Shown here piece after piece: positions 56,467-64,000 of a stretch of 64,000 bases of DNA (position 1 is its first letter; each line of letters opens with the position of its first letter). Location: the NCBI GenBank assembly GCA_944358675.1, contig CALVRN010000005.1, positions 232 through 64,231 on the forward strand, read 5' to 3'. A model generated the notes under the pieces. The model did not search any database. It was not told the DNA's origin and saw only the letters and a program-made list of their open reading frames with translations. Source of the stretch: an uncultured Bacilli bacterium (GTDB lineage: Bacteria > Bacillota_I > Bacilli_A > RF39 > UBA660). The position numbers and the translations under genes are program-made.

Positions 56467-57147
56467 TTAAAGTTTATTCACATCAACAATTTTATTTTCC
56501 AAATTTTTATCAACCAAAGTCTCATGAATTTTTTCTTCAGGACTATCCAAAAATACCTCTTCTATTCTATCAACCCTACATTTTTCAGCTTTAATAATTG
56601 CCTCCAATTTAGAAGCCGCATCATTGATTTCATCATTAACAATAACATAATTATACTTAGATAACTCATTTATTTCTTTATATGCTGTTTCAAACCTTTC
56701 CATTACTTTCTCTTTAGATTCTGTATTACGCTCAGTAAGTCTTCTTTTAAGTTCCCGCATACTTGGAGGTAGTAAAAAAATAAACAAAGCATGAGGTATT
56801 TTTTTCTTAATTTGCAAAGCCCCTTGAATTTCAATAACTAAAATAACATCTTCACCATTATCCAAATGTTTTTGGACACTTTCTCTAGGTGTACCATAAT
56901 AATTACCAGCAAATTTAGCCCATTCAAGCATCTTTTCATTTTTAATATTTTTTTCAAACTCTTCTTCACTCACAAAATAATATGCTTTACCATCTTCTTC
57001 GCCTTTACGTGGCTTTCTGCTTGTCATTGAAATAGATTCCCATATATTAGAATTATTTTTTTTAACCTCATCACAAACTGTATTTTTACCACTACCACTA
57101 GGTCCAGATAAAACAATTAATAAACCTTGTTTTTTAGTTTTTATCAT
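56467..57147 (-). CDS. gmk: Guanylate kinase
   Basis: LIVLSGPSGSGKNT, YYFVSEEEF, LEWAKFAGNYYGT and RLTERNTES. Confidence 0.92.
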   Translation of the reverse strand: MIKTKKQGLLIVLSGPSGSGKNTVCDEVKKNNSNIWESISMTSRKPRKGEEDGKAYYFVSEEEFEKNIKNEKMLEWAKFAGNYYGTPRESVQKHLDNGEDVILVIEIQGALQIKKKIPHALFIFLLPPSMRELKRRLTERNTESKEKVMERFETAYKEINELSKYNYVIVNDEINDAASKLEAIIKAEKCRVDRIEEVFLDSPEEKIHETLVDKNLENKIVDVNKL

Positions 57148-57187
57148 TAAATTTCCTCCTTTTACAGAAAAGAACTGACTAATCAGT

Positions 57188-57478
57188 TCAATTATTTAAT
57201 AAATCTTTTAACTTTTCTGGATGTTCTATCAAATTTTTAACTTCCGGCACCAAAATTGGCATAATTCTTTTTAATTCATCACCACTTATTGTATCCATAT
57301 ATTCATCTTTGCCATCATAAATACTTTTAACAACCTGATATTCATCTATAAAATCATCTTCACTTTGATTTACTCTAATCATATAGCTGTATTTAATTCC
57401 ATCTATAACCTTTTCTGCCATAACAAACCATTTATCATTATCATCAAATTCAACTACTGTATATAATCCATTATCCAT
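57188..57478 (-). CDS. Small acidic hypothetical protein (DUF1292-like?)
   Basis: 96-aa ORF upstream of gmk. The family assignment is weak. Confidence 0.5.
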   Translation of the reverse strand: MDNGLYTVVEFDDNDKWFVMAEKVIDGIKYSYMIRVNQSEDDFIDEYQVVKSIYDGKDEYMDTISGDELKRIMPILVPEVKNLIEHPEKLKDLLNN

Positions 57479-57492
57479 AATATTCCCCTTTT

Positions 57493-59094
57493 CTATTTCA
57501 TCATACCACTAGTGGTAACTTCTTTAATAACATCATCTAATGGAGCAAACCCAGAAGGATCAGAAATACTATTACCAAACAATAAAGCATTATTTGGATC
57601 TTTCGCAAGCTCTGCCATAAATTCAGGATTTGCGAGTTGTTCAGGTGTTAATCCCATATAACTGTGCGTAGCTGTATTAAATACATCAACAGGATTATTA
57701 TTAAACCATTGATTAGAAATAACACCATTAGCATTATTAGCTGCATCATAAGCATTAGTAAACACTGTGTGTCCTTCACCAATACTTGAAAAATCTAAAG
57801 CAGAAGCAGAATTTGCAGTAGTATTAACCATATCACCTACCGTGTTAGACACTTGATTAGACATACTATTAACTAACCCAGCATTCTCCGCCATATTATT
57901 TAAGCCACCAGTAATTGCTGTACCAATAGCAAAAATTCCAATACCAACTACAGCAATACCTCCTGCAACAACTAAAGCTTTTTGCCAAGTTTTTAAATCT
58001 TTAAACTTTTCAAACAAACCAGATAAAAATCTTCGGCGCTTAACTTTTTTCCTTGTACTAGATTTTATTGGTTCAGCACCATGACTTAAATCTTCACCCT
58101 TTTCAAGATCTGGCATATCAGGAATAATATCTAATCCAGAATCATCTTTTTCAAAATCTTCAGATACTTTTTCATCATCTTCATTTTTATCTGATAAATC
58201 TTTATTTTTTGGAAAATGAGCTCCTTTTTTCTTTTCATCACTTATAGAATTATTGTGATACTCTACAGCATCCACATCTCCAATTATTTTCAATTGCCCA
58301 TCTTTTGACAGTTCAACATTAATATCCATACCATCCAAAGGAGTAACTCCATAGCCAATACAATTCCATAAGTTTATCTCTTTAATATGACTACCTTTTA
58401 ACAACTGAGAATCTAGCTTATCAAAATTTTTTCTTAACCATTCACTAGTAAAATTACCAACAACATGTAATGCACCATCTTTTTTAAATACAGCATATTC
58501 CATATCTAAATCATTAGGTTTAAAATATCCACCCATATAAGGCATAAACTCTTCACTAATATCTTCTTCTTTAACAAGATTACTTGTTTTATCACCTATA
58601 TCACTCTTAAAGTGTTTACCAACATATGGTTTTATACTATCTTTAGCGCGTTTATCAATTTTTAAATCTAAAAGTTCTTGTCTTTTCTTTTGATAAAATT
58701 CATCATAACTATCATCACCAAAAGCAATAACAGTACCTCTATTATATTTAATAGGCTGTTTATTATAATAAGCATATTCCAGTTCTAACAATGATTTTTG
58801 TTGAAAATATGCTCTTTCATAATTAACATCATTAGAAGTAAGCATAATATCATCAATTTCACCATTATCATTATAACTATAAATAATAGGTTCATCGTTA
58901 TTGTATCTTTTTTCCAAATCAGCTATTTTTTCTAATATCGATATCTCACCAGTTAATTTTGTAATATCTTTTTTCAACCCTTCAATTTTTTTCTCAAGAT
59001 TTAAATTACTTTTTTCATAATAAAATCTTGATTCTAACTTTTTAAGTTCTTCATTCATTTCTAAAAGTTCACTTTTTTTACTATCTAATAGCAT
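57493..59094 (-). CDS. Large membrane protein: coiled-coil N-terminus, acidic linker, one TM, Asn/Ser-rich C-terminal domain
   Basis: SD GGAGGAG supports the ATG at 59094. The TM segment is ALVVAGGIAVVGIGIFAIGTAI. No family recognised. Confidence 0.55.
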   Translation of the reverse strand: MLLDSKKSELLEMNEELKKLESRFYYEKSNLNLEKKIEGLKKDITKLTGEISILEKIADLEKRYNNDEPIIYSYNDNGEIDDIMLTSNDVNYERAYFQQKSLLELEYAYYNKQPIKYNRGTVIAFGDDSYDEFYQKKRQELLDLKIDKRAKDSIKPYVGKHFKSDIGDKTSNLVKEEDISEEFMPYMGGYFKPNDLDMEYAVFKKDGALHVVGNFTSEWLRKNFDKLDSQLLKGSHIKEINLWNCIGYGVTPLDGMDINVELSKDGQLKIIGDVDAVEYHNNSISDEKKKGAHFPKNKDLSDKNEDDEKVSEDFEKDDSGLDIIPDMPDLEKGEDLSHGAEPIKSSTRKKVKRRRFLSGLFEKFKDLKTWQKALVVAGGIAVVGIGIFAIGTAITGGLNNMAENAGLVNSMSNQVSNTVGDMVNTTANSASALDFSSIGEGHTVFTNAYDAANNANGVISNQWFNNNPVDVFNTATHSYMGLTPEQLANPEFMAELAKDPNNALLFGNSISDPSGFAPLDDVIKEVTTSGMMK

Positions 59095-59224
59095 AATAAC
59101 TCCTCCAGACTTTATGCATATTATAGAAAACAAAAACAAATATGTCAAATTAACACTTTACACTATATATAAATTATATCATATTTTTATACAAATAAAA
59201 GGTAAATAAAGTTAAACCCTCTCA

Positions 59225-59830
59225 CTATTTTACATGTACACCAAGTAATCCCACAAGTTCTACACACTGAAATTGATTCACAATCATACCTTTAACACTC
59301 ATCGTATCAAACATTACATCCGTTATTTCAGAAGAAGAAAAATCAATATTTTTAAATGAAGAATTTAATATTTCTGCTTTAGTAAAATTAACATTATCCA
59401 TATCCATATTTATTGCTTTAACACCTATAAATGAACTCTCAGTAAAATCACACTCATTTACTTTAACATCATTTATTTTAGAACCAGAAAAATTAATATA
59501 TCTAGCAATTACATCATCAAATTTAACGTTCCTTATAAAACAATCCAAAAAATTAACCCCTATTAACTTACAATTTTTAAAAACAGTATTTTTAATTAAC
59601 TTTTCATCAAATTTTTTATTGGATAAATCACAATTTTCAAAAACAACATCTACAAAATCTACACCATCAAATTCAATATTATCGAAATTAACATTTTTAA
59701 AAAAACAATTTTCAAATGTTACATTTTTAATCTTAATCATTTTCTGATTACCATTAAAAAATTTATTACAAATAGTTTCATCTTCTAAATCATCCTCAAA
59801 AACCCCATCATAAACAAGCTTACTTACCAT
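59225..59830 (-). CDS. Pentapeptide-repeat protein
   Basis: Continuous A(D/N)LxF-type pentads (NVTFENCFFKNVNFDNIEFDGVDFVDVVFENCDLS...). Confidence 0.85.
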   Translation of the reverse strand: MVSKLVYDGVFEDDLEDETICNKFFNGNQKMIKIKNVTFENCFFKNVNFDNIEFDGVDFVDVVFENCDLSNKKFDEKLIKNTVFKNCKLIGVNFLDCFIRNVKFDDVIARYINFSGSKINDVKVNECDFTESSFIGVKAINMDMDNVNFTKAEILNSSFKNIDFSSSEITDVMFDTMSVKGMIVNQFQCVELVGLLGVHVK

Positions 59831-59878
59831 AATATCCTCCAAATATATTAAAAGCCCAAAATGGGCATACTACAAAAA

Positions 59879-59955
59879 TGGCGTCCCTGGGCAGATTCGA
59901 ACTGCCGACCTACCGCTTAGGAGGCGGTTGCTCTATCCTACTGAGCTACAGAGAC
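59879..59955 (-). tRNA. tRNA-Arg (anticodon CCU)
   Basis: Clean cloverleaf: acceptor GTCTCTG/CAGGGAC, D stem GCTC/GAGC, anticodon stem ACCGC/GCGGT with loop CTCCTAA, T arm GGCAG-TTCGAAT-CTGCC, encoded CCA. Confidence 0.93.
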
Positions 59956-60001
59956 ATCAAAACAATTATAACAAAAAAAGAGCTATTCATAAAGCCCCTT
60001 A

Positions 60002-60508
60002 TTAAAGTTTAATAAAACTAATTGCAAATAATAAGAATAAATTATAAGCGTATTTAAGTCTAAATCTAAATTTAATTGCAAACTCATTAGTCGCAACACA
60101 TTTATCCACCATACTAACTATCCAACTTTCCGCATATTTTGGAACAGATAAGTTAATAGGAAACATGTGTGATCTAATCATATCTTCTTCCTTTTTAGTT
60201 AATTCAAATTGCGTTCTAGCCATTTCAACCGCTTGTTTTGGATGTGTAAACACAGACTTCATACGTTCTTTTTGAGTTCTATTTTCTGGACTCAAAAAGA
60301 AATCATGAAGTAATCCACCTACTGCAGTTTGTTCATAGTCTAAATGTAAAATCTTCGCAATTTTATAAGAATAATAAGATACTTTTAAAGAATGATCAAA
60401 TCTACTTATTCCATGGTGTTCTATCTTTTTGATTTTCATAAATTCTTCATTATCTAAAATATTATTAACTATACTCATGTATTGTAAGTCTTTTTTATGA
60501 CTACTCAT
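60002..60508 (-). CDS. HD-domain phosphohydrolase with C-terminal membrane anchor
   Basis: HHGISRFDHSLKVSYYS...GGLLHDFF (H...HD). Confidence 0.75.
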   Translation of the reverse strand: MSSHKKDLQYMSIVNNILDNEEFMKIKKIEHHGISRFDHSLKVSYYSYKIAKILHLDYEQTAVGGLLHDFFLSPENRTQKERMKSVFTHPKQAVEMARTQFELTKKEEDMIRSHMFPINLSVPKYAESWIVSMVDKCVATNEFAIKFRFRLKYAYNLFLLFAISFIKL

Positions 60509-60573
60509 TATAAATTCACCTCAAAGTTACTTAAACAGTATATCACATTTATAAATAAATTACAAATTGATAC

Positions 60574-61629
60574 CTATTCAGCATTTTCCTCTGTATTTCC
60601 TTCTATTTTAAGCTCTTCAGATGGCGGAGTAATTTGAATATATGTATTTCCATCATTAACTTTTATCTCTTCTCCATCCATATTTTTGTAAACAGTCTGA
60701 CTACTTCTACTAGCTTTAGACCAAGTTATTGGAATAGCGTATCCATCAGTTATAAAATATCCTTCACCTGAACCAATATCATCTAACTCTAATCTACCAT
60801 ATGAATCATAAGTATGAGTGGCAATTGGTGTAATAATAATATTTTTAACAGTATACTGATCATGAGTTACTGCATCTTCATGCGAAGTACCAGACATAAA
60901 ACGTTTATAAACCTTATTCTCACTATCATATTCATAGCTTGTATTAGTATAATATGAATATTTCATAAATACTGTATCGGCTTTTATGGCATCTTCTCTC
61001 TTACTTAAATCAATTTCATCAACACTATAGTTTAAAAGTAAATCTTTATTAGTATCTCTATCATAGCCTTTTTCTTTCGCATACTCTTTAATATTTTTCA
61101 TACTAGTAAATACGGTATGCTCAGTTGCTTTATTTAGTGATTTATCTCTCCAAAAAACACTAGAAACAGTTAAACCATTAATATTATCAACCCCAAGTGA
61201 ACTAATATCTGATTTAGCTTTCTCACTCCAACCATAATGTACATAAATTGCATCGTTTTCTAATGCATAATCCAAATAATATGGTCTAGCACTTCGAACT
61301 GATCCAATTTTTTCAGTATTTTGATCTTTAAACAAAGCCATTAATCTAGTAATTCCACCTTCAGCTAAAATTTCATAAGTTAAATAAGCATCTTGCAAGC
61401 CAGCGTGAGGCCATGCCACATGATTATTATTAATCATGACCGCGATAGGTCTAGATTTAGAATCTTCATCAACAATTTTTAACTTCTTTTCGGGCTCTAC
61501 CTTTTCCGCATACTTTTGAACTTCTTCAGGATGAGTATAGAAATAATACACTCCAAAACCTACTAATATCAAAAGTATAAACACAATAGCAAATACTTTC
61601 TTTTTATTTTTTTTCTTTCTTCTTGCCAT
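60574..61629 (-). CDS. DUF3048 (YerB-like) membrane-anchored protein
   Basis: RPIAVMINN...AWPHAGLQDAYLTYEILAEGGITRLMALF and SVRSARPYY resemble the DUF3048 pattern. Confidence 0.7.
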   Translation of the reverse strand: MARRKKKNKKKVFAIVFILLILVGFGVYYFYTHPEEVQKYAEKVEPEKKLKIVDEDSKSRPIAVMINNNHVAWPHAGLQDAYLTYEILAEGGITRLMALFKDQNTEKIGSVRSARPYYLDYALENDAIYVHYGWSEKAKSDISSLGVDNINGLTVSSVFWRDKSLNKATEHTVFTSMKNIKEYAKEKGYDRDTNKDLLLNYSVDEIDLSKREDAIKADTVFMKYSYYTNTSYEYDSENKVYKRFMSGTSHEDAVTHDQYTVKNIIITPIATHTYDSYGRLELDDIGSGEGYFITDGYAIPITWSKASRSSQTVYKNMDGEEIKVNDGNTYIQITPPSEELKIEGNTEENAE

Positions 61630-61733
61630 AACACATCTCCTCTACTTTGTAATACTATTATATCAAATAGTATAAGTAACAGTTATATTGAATAATTCCC
61701 TACTGTAAATATATGTCTATTAAAGTAAAATAA

Positions 61734-63038
61734 TTATCCAGTTACTATCCAAGCATTAGGAATTGCCCTAGTAGTTTTTTTACCACTACCATTTACTGGT
61801 TTATTTGTAAGTTCTCCATTAATAACCAAACCACATGAAGTACCACCATCTAAATTAGCCGCATTATAAGCTCCATATCTCATCATAATTTCTGTAAGTT
61901 CTACCATACCTACGCCATCAATACCGTGCAAGTAATCTCTACCATCCATAACTAAAAATAACACAATACCATCTTGTCTTTGACCAATTGCACTTCTAGG
62001 TGCTGTACCCCAACCACCATTACCTTTAATAAATGATGGTTCACCATTGACAACTAAAAATGGCCCAAACTCAACCGCATCACGAACACCTTTAGCAAGT
62101 GCCTCTTCAGCAGTCATTTTACCCATAATAAATTTATTATCTTGAGTAAAGCCCATTATTCCACCGCCAACACCAGACCTAGGTAAATTACTAACTAATT
62201 TTCCATCTTTTATAACAGCTCCATGAGGTTTACCACCATTACCCATATATCCAGGATCATAAAAACCACTTGCATTCATAGCTACAACTGCATTATTATC
62301 TTTAGCAATTTTTGTAAGCATCTCACCATTACTATTCATATTACTAGCTGTAGCCACTTTTACTTTAGAAGCATCATATATAGCCACTAAATAACCTCTC
62401 ATACCATCTTCATTTATATTTATTAATTTATATGTAGCCCCATCTTCATGAGTCAAAATTTCTTTCTCATACTTATTTTTATACATCACCTTAGAATTAC
62501 TATAATCGACAAAACTAATTGCATCTAAATTAGTCTCTTCATCAGATTCTTTTACATAATTATTTTGCATTACCTGATTTATAGTTTCCTCATCATAAAA
62601 CCAAGTAGCCAAATACTTATGACTCATAGTTGTCATTGCAGTTGTAATTAGCCAGTTTCTAAAATTAGGATATGGTCCATAAAGTAAAAAAGCAAGTCCA
62701 GAACCACAAATAAGTCCGATACAAATTAAAATAACTACAATCTTTTGCCATAATTTCATTTTATTAGACTTTTTATTTTTCTTATCATCTTGTTTTCCTG
62801 GTTTTTCTTCTTTTTTTTCTTCTAATGATGCCTCTTTAACATCATCAACATATTCTTCAGTTTCCTCTTCAAACTTACTCAATAATCTATCAATATCGAT
62901 ATCTTTTTTATCAGGAAAAACATTTTCTAAAGATGGGTCTTTAACAAATTCTTCATCTGTAGAAGTTTCTTCTACTTTATTATTCATTTTTACATCTTCT
63001 TCATCTTCAAAAAGCAATTCAACATCATTATTTTTCAT
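61734..63038 (-). CDS. Phosphodiester glycosidase (DUF2233) family protein, membrane-anchored
   Basis: AMNASGF, PFLVVNG, APRSAIGQRQDG and NLDGGTS motifs. Acidic N-terminus plus a TM segment. Confidence 0.75.
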   Translation of the reverse strand: MKNNDVELLFEDEEDVKMNNKVEETSTDEEFVKDPSLENVFPDKKDIDIDRLLSKFEEETEEYVDDVKEASLEEKKEEKPGKQDDKKNKKSNKMKLWQKIVVILICIGLICGSGLAFLLYGPYPNFRNWLITTAMTTMSHKYLATWFYDEETINQVMQNNYVKESDEETNLDAISFVDYSNSKVMYKNKYEKEILTHEDGATYKLININEDGMRGYLVAIYDASKVKVATASNMNSNGEMLTKIAKDNNAVVAMNASGFYDPGYMGNGGKPHGAVIKDGKLVSNLPRSGVGGGIMGFTQDNKFIMGKMTAEEALAKGVRDAVEFGPFLVVNGEPSFIKGNGGWGTAPRSAIGQRQDGIVLFLVMDGRDYLHGIDGVGMVELTEIMMRYGAYNAANLDGGTSCGLVINGELTNKPVNGSGKKTTRAIPNAWIVTG

Positions 63039-63612
63039 CTACACTTACCTCTTCTTTTCCAAAACATTCTCCATCTTTATCATAATCAATATAATCTTTA
63101 TAAACCACATATTCAGCTTTATTTACTTTAGCAAAAGTTCCCCCATTTTCACTATTATATTTATCATAATCATCAATCATTTGATTATATAAATTAACAT
63201 CACTTATATAATAGTTCATAGCAGCCTCATAATTAGCTTTAAATGTTGTACATTTTGTACTAGCGCTTACATCACCATACTCAATATCACAGTTTTTCTT
63301 TAAATTCTTCGCACTATCTTCAACTTTTTGAATACTTTCCTCATAAGTCTTCATAAATGTATTCCAAGCTTCCGCATTATCTCTTAATGTCTCTAAATAT
63401 AAATTTTCTTTATATTCATAAAATTGATTTCTCAAATTAGAAAAATCATCCAAAGCCTTATTAAATGAAGGATAAGCTTCTTTTATTTCATTCATTTTTA
63501 CTAATGTCTCGGCCCGATCTTCTTTAAACCCCGAAAACCATATCCAAGCTCCAATAAATATAATCGCAATAATTATAACAACAATTCCAATTATCTTTAA
63601 TGACTTCTTCAT
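63028..63612 (-). CDS. Membrane-anchored hypothetical protein
   Basis: SD AGAGGGTG supports the ATG at 63612. One TM segment and a helical ectodomain. Confidence 0.55.
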   Translation of the reverse strand: MKKSLKIIGIVVIIIAIIFIGAWIWFSGFKEDRAETLVKMNEIKEAYPSFNKALDDFSNLRNQFYEYKENLYLETLRDNAEAWNTFMKTYEESIQKVEDSAKNLKKNCDIEYGDVSASTKCTTFKANYEAAMNYYISDVNLYNQMIDDYDKYNSENGGTFAKVNKAEYVVYKDYIDYDKDGECFGKEEVSVDEK

Positions 63613-63839
63613 AAAAGCGCACCCTCTTATCTTATACAACTATATCAAAATATAAAAAAAATGTAAAGTTTTGTCGAATAAATTTTTACCTTACATTTTT
63701 CTTTTTTATAAACATTACCTTATATTATAACGTTTAAAGTAATTTCAAAGTAATTAATTTTTTTATAGTTAAATTTTTGTTACTATTCACATCTTAAGGA
63801 AAATATATTGTAAACATCAATTTTAAAAGTACTGAATTA

Positions 63840-64000
63840 TTAATTTTCAGTACTTTGCATCTTTTGAATATCTTGAATAGTTAGACCAGTTGCTTTTGAT
63901 ATATCTTCTATACTCATTTTCATATTGAGTAGATTTTTGGCTATTTCTAGTTTATTTTCTTTAATTCCAATACTTTTGCCCTCTTCAATTCCTTCCTTTT
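63840..64000 (-). CDS. C-terminal end of an Rpn/YhgA-like (PD-(D/E)XK transposase-like) protein, partial
   Basis: The reverse strand reads ...KEGIEEGKSIGIKENKLEIAKNLLNMKMSIEDISKATGLTIQDIQKMQSTEN-stop. This is the characteristic C-terminal tail of Rpn-family proteins. A 10-bp perfect hairpin overlaps the stop. Confidence 0.45.
   Translation of the reverse strand, partial: KEGIEEGKSIGIKENKLEIAKNLLNMKMSIEDISKATGLTIQDIQKMQSTEN

Overview
Low-GC Bacillota-type chromosomal segment, densely coded and almost entirely transcribed on the minus strand. Most of it is conserved housekeeping. This includes tgt, lexA, xseAB-nusB and the spoIVFA/FB-like pair followed by rplU-prp-rpmA. It also includes murF, a long RSH (rel), mreCD, radC, the division/wall block murG-murB-divIB-ftsA-ftsZ, a PGM, gmk, tRNA-Thr(GGU) and tRNA-Arg(CCU). 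Accessory material is interspersed: a BceAB-like ABC pair, a tandem pair of DUF1016/YhcG-like PD-(D/E)XK genes flanked by a duplicated leader, cadA/arsR, and a Fic gene preceded by iterated 12-mers next to tRNA-Thr. The most unusual region is about 40.4-55.6 kb. Three copies of the first 14 codons plus upstream region of the LysM amidase gene delimit two tandem integrase-less islands. Island A carries a two-knuckle MetRS and a compact operon: cysD, cysN-cysC fusion, sulfotransferase, group II PLP decarboxylase and Pol-beta nucleotidyltransferase. It is headed by a C-terminally truncated rel paralog with a 39-codon hydrophobic leader ORF. I read it as a candidate undescribed pathway for a sulfated amine metabolite, with the MetRS possibly acting as an immunity copy. 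Island B carries glycosidase-like genes, decayed genes and a pseudogenised second copy of the rel cassette. Other notable points are a LexA-box-controlled 45-aa membrane peptide divergent from lexA (a candidate SOS division inhibitor), an mTERF-like repeat protein upstream of nusB, an M50 protease gene with an apparent ATT start, and orphan pilin genes. All functional calls rest on motif recognition by eye. No database search was run.
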